A DNA stretch of 64,000 nt from Escherichia coli. Lineage in GTDB: Bacteria > Pseudomonadota > Gammaproteobacteria > Enterobacterales > Enterobacteriaceae. A program made the position numbers and the translations under genes. How positions within the stretch are numbered: the first letter of the stretch is position 1; every line of letters begins with the position of its first letter. Location of the stretch: assembly GCF_044324785.1 (NCBI RefSeq), contig NZ_CP172127.1; one strand, 5' to 3'. Of the stretch, positions 35,558 through 50,973 are shown piece by piece. The notes under the pieces were generated by a model. The model ran no database searches. It had not been told where the DNA came from and worked only from the letters and a program-made list of their open reading frames with translations.

Positions 35558-37810
35558 ATGGCAAAAAACACATCTTGCGGTGTCCAACTGCGTATTCGTG
35601 GCAAAGTGCAGGGCGTCGGTTTTCGTCCGTTTGTCTGGCAGCTGGCACAGCAATTAAATCTTCACGGCGATGTCTGTAATGACGGCGATGGAGTGGAAGT
35701 CCGGCTGCTGGAAGACCCGGAAACGTTTCTTGTGCAGTTGCATCAGCACTGCCCGCCGCTGGCGCGTATTGATAGCGTCGAGCGAGAGCCGTTTATCTGG
35801 TCACAACTGCCCACTGAGTTCACTATCCGCCAGAGCACAGGCGGCACCATGAATACGCAAATTGTTCCCGACGCCGCGACTTGTCCTGCCTGTCTTGCTG
35901 AAATGAATACCCCGGGCGAGCGGCGTTATCGTTATCCGTTTATCAACTGTACCCACTGCGGCCCACGTTTCACCATTATTCGCGCGATGCCTTACGACCG
36001 CCCGTTTACCGTAATGGCGGCGTTTCCGCTGTGTCCGGCCTGTGACAAAGAATATCGCGACCCGCTCGATCGTCGCTTCCACGCCCAGCCGGTGGCCTGC
36101 CCGGAGTGTGGCCCACATCTTGAATGGGTAAGTCATGGTGAACATGCAGAACAAGAGGCGGCATTACAGGCAGCTATCGCGCAGTTAAAAATGGGCAACA
36201 TTGTCGCCATCAAAGGGATTGGCGGATTTCATCTCGCCTGCGATGCGCGTAACAGTAACGCGGTGGCGACACTGCGGGCGCGCAAACATCGCCCGGCGAA
36301 ACCGCTGGCGGTTATGTTGCCAGTGGCAGAAGGTTTACCAGACGCTGCCCGTCAGTTGCTTACCACACCCGCCGCGCCGATTGTGCTGGTGGATAAAAAA
36401 TACGTTCCTGAGCTTTGTGATGATATCGCCCCTGGCCTTAACGAAGTCGGGGTGATGTTGCCTGCGAACCCGCTTCAGCATTTGCTGTTACAGGAACTGC
36501 AATGCCCGCTGGTGATGACCTCCGGCAACCTGAGCGGTAAACCACCGGCTATCAGCAACGAACAGGCGCTGGCGGATTTGCAGGGCATTGCCGACGGATT
36601 CTTGCTACATAACCGCGACATCGTGCAGCGGATGGATGATTCGGTGGTGCGCGAAAGCGGCGAAATGCTGCGCCGTTCGCGGGGGTATGTGCCGGATGCG
36701 CTGGCTTTGCCTCCGGGCTTTAAAAATGTTCCGCCTGTGCTATGTCTCGGCGCGGATCTGAAAAATACCTTCTGCCTGGTGCGCGGTGAACAAGCGGTGT
36801 TGAGTCAGCATCTGGGCGATTTAAGTGACGATGGCATCCAGATGCAGTGGCGCGAAGCGTTACGCCTGATGCAAAACATCTACGATTTCACCCCGCAATA
36901 CGTTGTGCATGACGCGCATCCGGGCTATGTCTCCAGCCAGTGGGCGCGCGAAATGAATCTGCCGACGCAAACGGTGCTGCATCATCATGCTCATGCGGCG
37001 GCGTGTCTGGCAGAGCATCAGTGGCCGCTGGATGGCGGTGATGTCATTGCGTTGACGCTCGACGGTATCGGTATGGGGGAGAACGGCGCTTTATGGGGCG
37101 GCGAGTGCCTGCGGGTGAACTATCGCGAATGTGAACACCTGGGCGGCTTGCCAGCGGTGGCGCTTCCGGGGGGCGATTTGGCGGCGAAGCAGCCGTGGCG
37201 TAACCTGCTGGCGCAGTGCCTGCGCTTTGTGCCGGAGTGGCAGAATTACCCTGAAACGGCAAGTGTGCAACAGCAAAACTGGAGCGTGCTGGCGCGGGCC
37301 ATTGAGCGTGGAATTAACGCGCCGCTGGCGTCATCGTGTGGGCGTTTGTTCGATGCTGTGGCGGCGGCGCTGGGCTGTGCGCCAGCCACGTTAAGTTATG
37401 AAGGTGAAGCGGCTTGTGCTCTGGAGGCGCTCGCAGCTTCGTGCGACGGAGTGACGCATCCGGTGACGATGCCGCTGGTGGACAATCAACTGGATCTCGC
37501 CACTTTCTGGCAGCAGTGGCTGAACTGGCAGGCACCGGTTAGTCAACGCGCGTGGGCGTTTCATGATGCGCTGGCGCAGGGTTTTGCTGCGTTGATGCGT
37601 GAGCAGGCCACGATGCGTGGTATCACTACGCTGGTATTTAGCGGCGGGGTTATTCATAACCGTTTGCTGCGTGCACGTCTGGCGCATTATCTCGCTGATT
37701 TCACATTGCTGTTTCCACAGAGTTTACCGGCGGGTGATGGCGGCTTGTCTCTGGGGCAGGGGGTTATTGCTGCGGCGCGTTGGTTAGCGGGTGAAGTCCA
37801 GAACGGATAA
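35558..37810 (+). CDS. hypF: Carbamoyltransferase HypF (hydrogenase maturation)
   Basis: ORF 35486..37810; start set at [15 protein letters not shown] (750 aa); acylphosphatase, two zinc fingers, YrdC and Kae1-like regions. Confidence 0.93.
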   Translation: MAKNTSCGVQLRIRGKVQGVGFRPFVWQLAQQLNLHGDVCNDGDGVEVRLLEDPETFLVQLHQHCPPLARIDSVEREPFIWSQLPTEFTIRQSTGGTMNTQIVPDAATCPACLAEMNTPGERRYRYPFINCTHCGPRFTIIRAMPYDRPFTVMAAFPLCPACDKEYRDPLDRRFHAQPVACPECGPHLEWVSHGEHAEQEAALQAAIAQLKMGNIVAIKGIGGFHLACDARNSNAVATLRARKHRPAKPLAVMLPVAEGLPDAARQLLTTPAAPIVLVDKKYVPELCDDIAPGLNEVGVMLPANPLQHLLLQELQCPLVMTSGNLSGKPPAISNEQALADLQGIADGFLLHNRDIVQRMDDSVVRESGEMLRRSRGYVPDALALPPGFKNVPPVLCLGADLKNTFCLVRGEQAVLSQHLGDLSDDGIQMQWREALRLMQNIYDFTPQYVVHDAHPGYVSSQWAREMNLPTQTVLHHHAHAAACLAEHQWPLDGGDVIALTLDGIGMGENGALWGGECLRVNYRECEHLGGLPAVALPGGDLAAKQPWRNLLAQCLRFVPEWQNYPETASVQQQNWSVLARAIERGINAPLASSCGRLFDAVAAALGCAPATLSYEGEAACALEALAASCDGVTHPVTMPLVDNQLDLATFWQQWLNWQAPVSQRAWAFHDALAQGFAALMREQATMRGITTLVFSGGVIHNRLLRARLAHYLADFTLLFPQSLPAGDGGLSLGQGVIAAARWLAGEVQNG

Positions 37811-37834
37811 AGCGTGTTGCATTTGGACATCATT

Positions 37835-37914
<80 letters not shown>

Positions 37915-37937
37915 ACATTTTGGGCACAGTAGCCCAC

Positions 37938-39071
37938 CTACACCGGCAACGTTTTCAACAATCCAAACGCTTCTTTCATCCGATCCTCACTGACCACAAA
38001 GGCGCGAAGCTGGTCAGCATCGTCAACACCGCGCGCCACCATTCCCTGGCGTTCGGTATTAATTTGCCAGCGTAAATCCTGACGCTGGGTTTCGCCTGCC
38101 AGATGCAGCGGTAATTCCGGCGTTTTGATTTTCACCAGCATCGCCGGGAGTTTCAGCGGCGTGTTATTGCCGAGAAGATTTTTTGCCAGCACCATCGCGC
38201 TAAGTTGAATCGGTTGCAGGAACGGCAGTACCTGACCGTTAATTTCCGCGCAATCGCCCAGCGCATAAATATCGGCATTACTGGTTTGCAGATAACTATC
38301 GACGCAAACGCCGCGATTAATCGTCAGCCCGGCGCGTCGCGCCAGGGCGGTTTCCGGGCGCAGTCCGGTGGCGGCAATTACCGCATCCACTTCAATGCAG
38401 CGCTGGCGGTCCAGCGTTGCCAGAATGCCAGAATCCGTTTTTTCCAGCCCCTGCAACTGAGATTTCAACAGCAGATGAACGCCCATCTCCGTCAACCGAT
38501 GCTGCAAGCGGCTGCTTACTTCCGGTGGCATTAACGACGCCAGAATACTGGCAGCGTTGTCGATTAGCGTGACCGCTTTGCCTGCACGACAAAAATCCAT
38601 CGCCAGCTCGCTACCAATCAAGCCAGCGCCAACAATCAACACGCGTCGGGCATCCCGTAGTTGCGTTTCACAGGCGCGATACTCTTGCTGACTATTTAAT
38701 GTCAGCATTAACTCACGCCCAGGCACTGGCGGGACAAAGGCGCTGGCTCCGGTTGCCAGCACTAACTTGTCGTATTGCCACTGATTATTCTGACTTTTCA
38801 CCACATGGGCTTCGGCATCGATATCCGTCACCCAGGTGTGCGGAAACAGGTGCAGATTAAACTGCTCGGCAAATTCACCCGCCGTCTGGCGGGTAAGGTC
38901 ATCGGCACGTTGCCCCTGGCTGATAACATGGCTGAGGTCCGGTTTGTTGTACTCATCCATGCTGTCGGCGGCAATCAGGGTTAATGGAATACTGGCGTCC
39001 TGTTTGCGAATATTTTTCACCAGTTGGCGGGCGGCGAAGCCCGAACCAATGATCACAATGCCGTTGCTCAT
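37938..39071 (-). CDS. norW: NADH:flavorubredoxin oxidoreductase
   Basis: 377 aa; FAD/NAD Rossmann motifs IIGSGFA and IVGAGLIG. Confidence 0.93.
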   Translation of the reverse strand: MSNGIVIIGSGFAARQLVKNIRKQDASIPLTLIAADSMDEYNKPDLSHVISQGQRADDLTRQTAGEFAEQFNLHLFPHTWVTDIDAEAHVVKSQNNQWQYDKLVLATGASAFVPPVPGRELMLTLNSQQEYRACETQLRDARRVLIVGAGLIGSELAMDFCRAGKAVTLIDNAASILASLMPPEVSSRLQHRLTEMGVHLLLKSQLQGLEKTDSGILATLDRQRCIEVDAVIAATGLRPETALARRAGLTINRGVCVDSYLQTSNADIYALGDCAEINGQVLPFLQPIQLSAMVLAKNLLGNNTPLKLPAMLVKIKTPELPLHLAGETQRQDLRWQINTERQGMVARGVDDADQLRAFVVSEDRMKEAFGLLKTLPV

Positions 39072-40507
39072 TTTGCCTCCGATGCCAGTTCGTCAAAGAC
39101 GTCTTTGCCGAGAGAGCATTCCGGGCAGAGGAAGTTATCCGGGACTTCACTCCACGGCGTTCCTGGCGCAACGTCCTGCATTGGCTCGCCTTTTGCCGGA
39201 TCGTAAATCCACTGGCAGACGCTGCACTGCATCCGTGGGCCGAGGTCAGCCGTCGTGGTGGCAGAGGTTTCTTCTTTAACTACCGTATTCACTGTGCTCT
39301 GCGGCAGCGGCGCGAGCGCCCACTGACGGGCGATTTCGCGACCGTGTTCACGGCATAACTCCAGCGCGTCCTGGTCCGGTCGCCATTTGGCTTTCAGGCT
39401 AAGCGACATTTCGAAACCCGCATCCTGCAGGCGCGTGGAAAGACGATCCACCGCACCGCCGCTCCAGCCGTGAGAGCCGAAAGCGCTGGCGCGTTTGTTA
39501 CGGAAGCGTAATCCGGTCATCTCCTCCACCAGCCCGGCGATTTTCGGCATCATCACATTATTCATCGTAGAAGTGCCGACCAGCACGCCTTTTGAGCGGA
39601 AGACATTGGTCAGGATTTCGTTTTTATCGCTTCGGGCGACGTTGAAAATTTTCACCGCCACGCGTGGGTCGGTTTCCGCAATCCCCTGGGCAATAGCGTC
39701 AGCCATCATGCGGGTGTTATTCGACATGGTGTCGTAGAAAATGGTGATTCTGTCTTCCTGATAATCAGCCGCCCATTTCAGGTACAGCTCGACAATTTGC
39801 GTCGGGTTATCGCGCCATACCACGCCGTGAGAGGTCGCTATCATATCGACTGGTAAGTTAAAGCCCAGGATCTCGGTAATTTTCGGCGTTACCAGGCGGC
39901 TGAACGGCGTCAGGATATTGGCGTAGTAACGCTGGCACTGCTCGAAAAGCTCCGTCTGATCCACTTCATCGTTGAACAGATGCTCGTCGCAGTAGTGCTG
40001 ACCGAAAGCATCGTTACTGAACAGCACCGCGTCGCCTGTCAGGTAAGTCATCATGCTGTCCGGCCAGTGCAGCATTGGTGTTTCGACAAAAATGAGCTGT
40101 TTGCCGTTGCCGATATCCAGCGTGTCGCCAGTTTTCACCACATTAAAATTCCACTCCGGATGATGGTGATGACCATTTATCGAGTCGATAGCGTTGGCAG
40201 TACAGTAAATCGGCGTATCGGGAATTTGCGCCATCAGTTCGGTCAGCGCCCCAGCGTGGTCCTCTTCTGCATGGTTAATCACGATGTAATCGATATCCGC
40301 CAGATCGATTTCATTACGCAGGTTCTGCACAAATTCGCGGCTGAATTTATGGTCGACGGTGTCGATCAGCACGTTTTTTTCTTCGCGGATGAGGTAGCTG
40401 TTGTAACTGCTGCCGCGCAGCGTTTTATATTCCGTGCCGTGAAAATCACGCACTTCCCAGTCACGTTGACCAACCCAATGAATGTTATTTTTCACCACAA
40501 TAGACAT
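39068..40507 (-). CDS. norV: Anaerobic nitric oxide reductase flavorubredoxin
   Basis: 479 aa; metallo-beta-lactamase-like, flavodoxin, and C-terminal rubredoxin CxxC...CxxC. Confidence 0.95.
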   Translation of the reverse strand: MSIVVKNNIHWVGQRDWEVRDFHGTEYKTLRGSSYNSYLIREEKNVLIDTVDHKFSREFVQNLRNEIDLADIDYIVINHAEEDHAGALTELMAQIPDTPIYCTANAIDSINGHHHHPEWNFNVVKTGDTLDIGNGKQLIFVETPMLHWPDSMMTYLTGDAVLFSNDAFGQHYCDEHLFNDEVDQTELFEQCQRYYANILTPFSRLVTPKITEILGFNLPVDMIATSHGVVWRDNPTQIVELYLKWAADYQEDRITIFYDTMSNNTRMMADAIAQGIAETDPRVAVKIFNVARSDKNEILTNVFRSKGVLVGTSTMNNVMMPKIAGLVEEMTGLRFRNKRASAFGSHGWSGGAVDRLSTRLQDAGFEMSLSLKAKWRPDQDALELCREHGREIARQWALAPLPQSTVNTVVKEETSATTTADLGPRMQCSVCQWIYDPAKGEPMQDVAPGTPWSEVPDNFLCPECSLGKDVFDELASEAK

Positions 40508-40544
40508 AGCAACCTCAATTTATTCAGCGTGTTCTAAAAAGATG

Positions 40545-40561
40545 TCTTGCTAATTGCAGAT
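40545..40561 (-). promoter_or_regulatory. Sigma-54 promoter of norVW
   Basis: Reverse complement reads CTGGCACGCAATCTGCA (GG-N10-GC). Confidence 0.6.
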
Positions 40562-40625
40562 TGCGTGCCAGTTTTTTATCTGATTGTTTTTACTCTATAA
40601 ATAAAAGTATGCTCATTAATGAGTA

Positions 40626-40681
40626 GTCAAAATGACTATTAATCAAATGGTCGATATGACAATATCTATAGTCAAATTGAC
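40626..40681. promoter_or_regulatory. Three NorR enhancer sites (GT-N7-AC)
   Basis: GTCAAAATGAC (40626-40636), GTCGATATGAC (40650-40660), GTCAAATTGAC (40671-40681) read directly between norV and norR. Confidence 0.8.
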
Positions 40682-40693
40682 AGTGAGGCAAAG

Positions 40694-42208
40694 ATGAGTT
40701 TTTCCGTTGATGTGCTGGCGAATATCGCCATCGAATTGCAGCGTGGGATTGGTCATCAGGATCGTTTTCAGCGCCTGATCACCACGCTGCGTCAGGTGCT
40801 GGAGTGCGATGCGTCTGCGTTGCTACGTTACGACTCGCGGCAGTTTATTCCGCTTGCCATCGACGGGCTGGCGAAGGATGTACTTGGTAGACGCTTTGCG
40901 CTGGAAGGGCATCCACGGCTGGAAGCGATTGCCCGCGCCGGGGACGTGGTGCGCTTTCCCGCAGACAGCGAATTGCCCGATCCCTATGACGGTTTGATTC
41001 CCGGGCAGGAGAGTCTGAAGGTTCACGCCTGCGTTGGTCTGCCATTGTTTGCCGGGCAAAACCTGATCGGCGCATTGACGCTCGACGGGATGCAGCCCGA
41101 TCAGTTCGATGTTTTCAGCGACGAAGAGTTACGCCTGATTGCCGCGCTGGCGGCGGGAGCGTTAAGCAATGCGTTGCTGATTGAGCAACTGGAAAGCCAG
41201 AATATGCTGCCGGGCGATGCCGCGCCGTTTGAAGCGGTGAAACAGACGCAGATGATTGGCTTGTCGCCAGGCATGACGCAATTAAAAAAAGAGATTGAGA
41301 TTGTGGCGGCGTCCGATCTCAACGTCTTAATCAGCGGTGAGACGGGAACCGGTAAGGAGCTGGTGGCGAAAGCGATTCATGAAGCCTCGCCACGGGCGGT
41401 GAATCCGCTGGTCTATCTCAACTGTGCCGCACTGCCGGAAAGTGTGGCGGAAAGTGAGTTGTTCGGGCATGTGAAAGGAGCGTTTACTGGCGCTATCAGT
41501 AACCGCAGCGGGAAGTTTGAAATGGCGGATAACGGCACGCTGTTTCTCGATGAGATCGGCGAGTTGTCGTTGGCATTGCAGGCCAAGCTGCTGAGGGTGT
41601 TGCAGTATGGCGATATTCAACGCGTTGGCGATGACCGCAGTTTGCGGGTCGATGTGCGCGTGCTGGCGGCGACTAACCGTGACTTACGCGAAGAGGTACT
41701 GGCAGGGCGATTTCGCGCTGACTTGTTCCACCGCCTGAGCGTGTTTCCACTTTCGGTGCCGCCGCTGCGTGAGCGGGGCGATGATGTCATTCTGCTGGCG
41801 GGGTATTTCTGCGAGCAGTGTCGTTTGCGGCTGGGGCTCTCCCGCGTGGTATTAAGTGCTGGGGCGCGAAATTTACTGCAACACTACAGTTTTCCGGGAA
41901 ACGTGCGCGAACTGGAACATGCTATTCATCGGGCGGTAGTGCTGGCGAGAGCCACTCGCAGCGGCGATGAAGTGATTCTTGAGGCGCAACATTTTGCTTT
42001 TCCTGAGGTGACGTTGCCGCCGGCAGAAGCGGCAGCGGTGCCCGTTGTTAAGCAAAACCTGCGTGAAGCGACAGAAGCGTTCCAGCGTGAAACCATTCGC
42101 CAGGCACTGGCACAAAATCATCACAACTGGGCTGCCTGTGCGCGGATGCTGGAAACCGACGTCGCCAACCTGCATCGGCTGGCGAAACGTCTGGGGCTGA
42201 AGGATTAA
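40694..42208 (+). CDS. norR: NO-responsive sigma-54-dependent activator NorR
   Basis: 504 aa; GAF domain, AAA+ GETGTGKE and GAFTGA, C-terminal HTH. Confidence 0.95.
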   Translation: MSFSVDVLANIAIELQRGIGHQDRFQRLITTLRQVLECDASALLRYDSRQFIPLAIDGLAKDVLGRRFALEGHPRLEAIARAGDVVRFPADSELPDPYDGLIPGQESLKVHACVGLPLFAGQNLIGALTLDGMQPDQFDVFSDEELRLIAALAAGALSNALLIEQLESQNMLPGDAAPFEAVKQTQMIGLSPGMTQLKKEIEIVAASDLNVLISGETGTGKELVAKAIHEASPRAVNPLVYLNCAALPESVAESELFGHVKGAFTGAISNRSGKFEMADNGTLFLDEIGELSLALQAKLLRVLQYGDIQRVGDDRSLRVDVRVLAATNRDLREEVLAGRFRADLFHRLSVFPLSVPPLRERGDDVILLAGYFCEQCRLRLGLSRVVLSAGARNLLQHYSFPGNVRELEHAIHRAVVLARATRSGDEVILEAQHFAFPEVTLPPAEAAAVPVVKQNLREATEAFQRETIRQALAQNHHNWAACARMLETDVANLHRLAKRLGLKD

Positions 42209-43170
42209 ATAATCCCGGCCTGATAGAAATCCTGCAGGTTAATTGCGCCGGTGAGTTTGCCGTTTTCATCCACTACCGGTGCGGCGGTGATTTTGCGTTT
42301 CATCAGGATTTCTTTGGCGTCGATGGCACGGCTTTGCGATTGCAACGTAGTGCCGCCGACAGTCATCGCTTCATTGACTGGCGTGGTGAGTGCGCCGCCG
42401 CCAACCAGCCAGCGACGTAAATCGCCGTCGGTAAAGACGCCTTGTACCTGTTGTTGAGCGTTACATACCGCCACCAGCCCCAGACCAGTGCGGCTGAGTT
42501 CCAGCATCGCGTCCATCACGCTGGCGGTTAATGCCACCTGCGGGATGGCATCGTCACGACGCATAAGATGATGCACTTTGTTCAGCAAGCGAGCGCCCAG
42601 TGCTCCAGCAGGGTGGGAGCGGGCAAAATCTTCTTCATTAAATCCGCGCGCCTGCATGACCGCCATCGCCAGCGCGTCACCCATCATCAGGGTATTCACG
42701 GTGCTGGAGGTCGGCGCAAGGTGCATCGGGCAGGCTTCGCGTTCTACGGAGATATCCAGCACCGCTTTCGCCGCCAGGCCCAGCGGTGACGTCGGTTTGC
42801 CGGTCATCGCCAGCAGCGCGATAGATTTATCTTCCAGACGCGGAATAATCAGATCCAGTTCCTTCGCGCCACCGGAGTAAGAGATAAACAGCATCACATC
42901 GCGGCTTTCGATCATCCCCAGGTCGCCGTGCAATGCCTCTGCCGGATGGACAAAAAAAGCCGGTGTGCCGGTACTGGCAAGTGTTGCGGCGATTTTCTTA
43001 CCAATGTGGCCCGATTTGCCAATTCCCGAAACCACCACTTTGCCTTCGCAGTGCAGGATGATATTGGCGGCGCGAACAAAATCATCGCCCAGACGTTCCG
43101 GTAAACGGCTTGCTTCCTGCAACTCCAGCATTAACGTCTGACGTCCCGCGTTCAGTAGTGCTTCACTCAT
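42205..43170 (-). CDS. gutQ: D-arabinose 5-phosphate isomerase GutQ
   Basis: 321 aa; SIS domain ([13 protein letters not shown]) plus CBS pair. Confidence 0.92.
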   Translation of the reverse strand: MSEALLNAGRQTLMLELQEASRLPERLGDDFVRAANIILHCEGKVVVSGIGKSGHIGKKIAATLASTGTPAFFVHPAEALHGDLGMIESRDVMLFISYSGGAKELDLIIPRLEDKSIALLAMTGKPTSPLGLAAKAVLDISVEREACPMHLAPTSSTVNTLMMGDALAMAVMQARGFNEEDFARSHPAGALGARLLNKVHHLMRRDDAIPQVALTASVMDAMLELSRTGLGLVAVCNAQQQVQGVFTDGDLRRWLVGGGALTTPVNEAMTVGGTTLQSQSRAIDAKEILMKRKITAAPVVDENGKLTGAINLQDFYQAGII

Positions 43171-43936
43171 TGCTCTCTCCGGTTATGATCACATCGATCC
43201 CTTTCTTTTCCAGCGCCTGACGAAACGCTGGATCGATACCTGCGTCGGTAATTAGCTTATCGACGCTTTCAAGACTGCAAACTACGTTGGGGCTTTTACG
43301 GCCAAACTTTGATGAGTCCGCCATCAAAATCACTTCGCGAGCGGCATTGCACATTGCCTTACTGACGGTATAAACCTCGTTGAACGTGGTTACGCCCGCA
43401 TTGAGATCGATGCCGTCGGTGCCCATAAACAATTTATCGAAGGTGAAATGCTCGAAGGCATTCTCTGCCAGTTGCCCGTGAAATGAGGCCGATTTTTTAC
43501 GAAATGTTCCGCCTGGCATCAGGATAGTTTGTTCGTTATCCAGTTCGGATAGCGCATTGACGATATGCAGGCTGTTGGTCATCACTGTGATGTTATTAAA
43601 GCGCGAGAGCAGGGGAACCATCTGCAAAACGGTACTGCCAGCATCAAGAATGATCGAATCGCCATCATGGATAAAACTAACGGCAGCTTCTGCAATCAGC
43701 TCTTTCTTGTGGGTGTTGATGAGTGTTTTATGATCGATAGGCGGATCGGATTCCTCTTTATTCAACACCACTCCGCCATAAGTACGAATGACGGTTCCGG
43801 CATGTTCCAGAATGACCAGATCTTTGCGAATGGTTGTGCCTGTGGTGTCAAAGTATTGCGCCAATTCTTCAACCGAGCATTTACCCTGCTTTTGCAGATA
43901 CTCCAGAATGGCGGCCTGACGCTGACGAGGTTTCAT
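43163..43936 (-). CDS. srlR: DeoR-family glucitol operon repressor
   Basis: 257 aa DeoR-type HTH and sugar-binding domain. Confidence 0.92.
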   Translation of the reverse strand: MKPRQRQAAILEYLQKQGKCSVEELAQYFDTTGTTIRKDLVILEHAGTVIRTYGGVVLNKEESDPPIDHKTLINTHKKELIAEAAVSFIHDGDSIILDAGSTVLQMVPLLSRFNNITVMTNSLHIVNALSELDNEQTILMPGGTFRKKSASFHGQLAENAFEHFTFDKLFMGTDGIDLNAGVTTFNEVYTVSKAMCNAAREVILMADSSKFGRKSPNVVCSLESVDKLITDAGIDPAFRQALEKKGIDVIITGESNE

Positions 43937-44002
43937 GGGCGTGATTACCTGATTTAGGTTTCAAAATGATAACTTCGCAAGCAAGTAACATTCACAACGA
44001 AA

Positions 44003-44362
44003 TTATCCACGTTTCAGTTTAAGCGCCAATGATAGAGCATTCTGTGATAGTGGATCATGGGGAAAGATCACATCGGGCTGTAAATCACCCGCATACATAC
44101 CGGTAATTGCGGGAATTTTTTGCGGTCGGGCGAAGACGGTCAGTCCTTTCATAAACAAGGTGTCGACGATGCGTTGCTGATCGTCCAGGGCGATGGCGAC
44201 CACGACCCGCGGTTTAAAGCGCCCGCTGGAACGGCCCACGCCAACCCGCCCTTGCTGGCATAGTGTGTCGAAGGCACGGTTAAAACGAGAAATTTGCCAA
44301 CCGCCTAAGGCCAGTTGCGCACACCAGGCGATAACGGCGACGGTGATGAGTGCGGATACCAT
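44003..44362 (-). CDS. gutM: Glucitol operon activator GutM
   Basis: 119 aa, N-terminal hydrophobic segment; conserved position. Confidence 0.88.
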   Translation of the reverse strand: MVSALITVAVIAWCAQLALGGWQISRFNRAFDTLCQQGRVGVGRSSGRFKPRVVVAIALDDQQRIVDTLFMKGLTVFARPQKIPAITGMYAGDLQPDVIFPHDPLSQNALSLALKLKRG

Positions 44363-44394
44363 AACTTCTCCGTAATGTAGTGGCGGAAGTCTTG

Positions 44395-44424
44395 TAGGCC
44401 TGATAAGCGTAGCGCATCAGGCAT
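44395..44424. repeat. REP element, with adjacent hairpin (44437-44461) between srlD and gutM
   Basis: gtaggcctgataagcgtagcgcatcaggca REP-like palindrome, followed by gcggagatc-N7-gatctccgc. Confidence 0.65.
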
Positions 44425-44467
44425 TCTATTAGTCGCGCGGAGATCCTTAAAAGATCTCCGCTGTTGA

Positions 44468-45622
<1,155 letters not shown>

Positions 45623-45632
45623 GTTTCAGCCT

Positions 45633-47170
<1,538 letters not shown>

Positions 47171-47407
47171 TTATTGTTTTATTACCAAACGGCAACCTAA
47201 TCTAATCAGATTGAAAGATTTAAAAGTGTTATTTTGATCGCAAAATGAAAGATAAATATTTTAACTTGAAAGTTTCAATAAAAGGATAGCGAGGAGAATG
47301 AGTTGAGTTATGTAAAGTCCGTATCGGGCAGTGACTACCGCTTCCTTGTGCGGGGCGTGATGCTTTACCATACTTGCCCCTGGTTGAATCTGTTAAATGG
47401 ACCCCTC

Positions 47408-48493
47408 ATGTTCAAGCGTCGTTATGTAACATTGCTTCCCCTTTTTGTGTTGCTTGCCGCCTGTAGCAGCAAGCCAAAACCTACTGAGACTGAAACGACC
47501 ACCGGAACGCCGTCTGGCGGCTTCCTGCTTGAGCCGCAGCACAATGTGATGCAGATGGGCGGCGATTTCGCTAATAACCCGAATGCCCAGCAGTTCATCG
47601 ACAAAATGGTGAACAAACACGGTTTCGATCGTCAGCAGTTGCAGGAAATTCTCTCCCAGGCGAAACGTCTGGATTCGGTATTGCGGCTGATGGATAACCA
47701 GGCACCAACTACTTCGGTGAAACCGCCATCAGGTCCGAACGGCGCATGGCTGCGTTATCGCAAAAAATTTATTACGCCGGACAACGTGCAGAATGGTGTC
47801 GTTTTCTGGAATCAGTATGAAGATGCGCTGAATCGCGCGTGGCAGGTGTATGGCGTACCGCCGGAAATTATCGTCGGGATTATCGGCGTTGAAACGCGCT
47901 GGGGGCGTGTGATGGGGAAAACTCGCATCCTCGATGCGCTGGCAACGCTGTCATTTAACTACCCACGCCGCGCGGAGTATTTCTCTGGCGAGCTGGAAAC
48001 CTTCCTGCTGATGGCGCGCGACGAGCAGGACGATCCGCTCAATCTGAAAGGTTCCTTTGCCGGGGCGATGGGCTACGGACAGTTTATGCCGTCGTCTTAC
48101 AAACAATACGCGGTAGATTTCAGCGGCGACGGGCATATCAACCTGTGGGATCCGGTTGATGCCATTGGTAGTGTGGCGAACTATTTCAAAGCGCACGGCT
48201 GGGTGAAAGGTGATCAGGTTGCGGTGATGGCAAACGGTCAGGCTCCAGGCTTGCCAAATGGCTTCAAAACCAGGTACAGCATTTCGCAGCTTGCCGCGGC
48301 AGGTTTAACGCCACAGCAGCCGCTGGGCAACCATCAACAAGCTAGCCTGCTGCGTCTGGATGTTGGAACAGGTTACCAGTACTGGTACGGTCTGCCGAAC
48401 TTCTACACCATTACCCGTTATAACCACAGCACCCATTACGCAATGGCGGTCTGGCAGTTAGGACAAGCTGTGGCGCTGGCACGCGTGCAGTAA
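47408..48493 (+). CDS. mltB: Membrane-bound lytic murein transglycosylase B (lipoprotein)
   Basis: ORF 47303..48493; start set at MFKRRYVTLLPLFVLLAACSS (lipobox), 361 aa. Confidence 0.9.
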   Translation: MFKRRYVTLLPLFVLLAACSSKPKPTETETTTGTPSGGFLLEPQHNVMQMGGDFANNPNAQQFIDKMVNKHGFDRQQLQEILSQAKRLDSVLRLMDNQAPTTSVKPPSGPNGAWLRYRKKFITPDNVQNGVVFWNQYEDALNRAWQVYGVPPEIIVGIIGVETRWGRVMGKTRILDALATLSFNYPRRAEYFSGELETFLLMARDEQDDPLNLKGSFAGAMGYGQFMPSSYKQYAVDFSGDGHINLWDPVDAIGSVANYFKAHGWVKGDQVAVMANGQAPGLPNGFKTRYSISQLAAAGLTPQQPLGNHQQASLLRLDVGTGYQYWYGLPNFYTITRYNHSTHYAMAVWQLGQAVALARVQ

Positions 48494-48637
48494 CTATTTG
48501 CAAGAGGGGGGCGTGAGCTTCCCTCTGCCAAATCGGCTTTTTTCTGAATCCTCCTCGTAAAATTGCAACGCCAACACCATCTTCCTGACGAAAGTGCTAT
48601 CTTGTCCGGCATAAATTTTTGACTGACAGAGGTTGTG

Positions 48638-49135
48638 ATGACTGACAGTGAACTGATGCAGTTAAGCGAACAGGTTGGGCAGGCGCTGAAAGCCCGTGGC
48701 GCAACCGTAACAACTGCTGAGTCTTGTACCGGTGGTTGGGTAGCGAAAGTGATTACCGATATTGCCGGTAGCTCCGCCTGGTTTGAACGCGGATTTGTCA
48801 CCTACAGTAACGAAGCCAAAGCGCAAATGATCGGCGTACGTGAAGAGACGCTGGCGCAGCATGGCGCGGTGAGCGAGCCTGTCGTGGTGGAAATGGCGAT
48901 AGGCGCACTGAAAGCGGCTCGTGCTGATTATGCCGTGTCTATTAGTGGTATCGCCGGGCCGGATGGCGGCAGTGAAGAGAAGCCTGTTGGCACCGTCTGG
49001 TTTGCTTTTGCCACTGCCCGTGGCGAAGGCATTACCCGGCGGGAATGCTTCAGCGGTGACCGTAATGCGGTGCGTCGTCAGGCTACTGCGTATGCATTGC
49101 AGACCTTGTGGCAACAATTTCTACAAAACACTTGA
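48638..49135 (+). CDS. pncC: NMN amidohydrolase PncC (CinA-like)
   Basis: Start at ATG 48638 (MTDSELMQ...), 165 aa. Confidence 0.9.
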   Translation: MTDSELMQLSEQVGQALKARGATVTTAESCTGGWVAKVITDIAGSSAWFERGFVTYSNEAKAQMIGVREETLAQHGAVSEPVVVEMAIGALKAARADYAVSISGIAGPDGGSEEKPVGTVWFAFATARGEGITRRECFSGDRNAVRRQATAYALQTLWQQFLQNT

Positions 49136-50276
<1,141 letters not shown>

Positions 50277-50344
50277 TCGTCTTGTTTGATACACAAGGGT
50301 CGCATCTGCGGCCCTTTTGCTTTTTTAAGTTGTAAGGATATGCC

Positions 50345-50845
50345 ATGACAGAATCAACGTCCCGTCGCCCGGCATATGCTCGCCTGTTAGATCGTGCGGT
50401 ACGCATTCTGGCGGTGCGCGATCACAGTGAGCAAGAATTGCGACGTAAACTCGCGGCACCGATCATGGGCAAAAATGGCCCGGAAGAGATTGATGCCACG
50501 GCAGAAGATTACGAGCGCGTTATCGCCTGGTGCCATGAACATGGCTATCTCGATGACAGCCGATTTGTTGCGCGCTTTATCGCCAGCCGTAGCCGCAAAG
50601 GTTATGGACCTGCGCGTATTCGTCAGGAACTGAATCAGAAAGGTATTTCCCGCGAAGCGACAGAAAAAGCGATGCGTGAATGTGACATCGACTGGTGCGC
50701 ACTGGCGCGCGATCAGGCGACGCGAAAATATGGCGAACCTTTGCCAACTGTCTTTTCAGAAAAAGTTAAGATCCAGCGTTTTCTGCTCTATCGTGGCTAT
50801 CTGATGGAAGATATCCAGGATATTTGGCGAAATTTTGCCGACTGA
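50345..50845 (+). CDS. recX: RecA regulator RecX
   Basis: 166 aa, recognised sequence, downstream of recA. Confidence 0.92.
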   Translation: MTESTSRRPAYARLLDRAVRILAVRDHSEQELRRKLAAPIMGKNGPEEIDATAEDYERVIAWCHEHGYLDDSRFVARFIASRSRKGYGPARIRQELNQKGISREATEKAMRECDIDWCALARDQATRKYGEPLPTVFSEKVKIQRFLLYRGYLMEDIQDIWRNFAD

Positions 50846-50973
50846 ACGCATACGGTATTTTACTTCCCAGTCAAGAAAACTTATCTTATTCCCACTTTTT
50901 CAGTTACCAGCCCGGCGGTTAAAACACGCTGTAGCTGGTGGCGATATTTCGTTAGCTTGATTTCAGGATAATT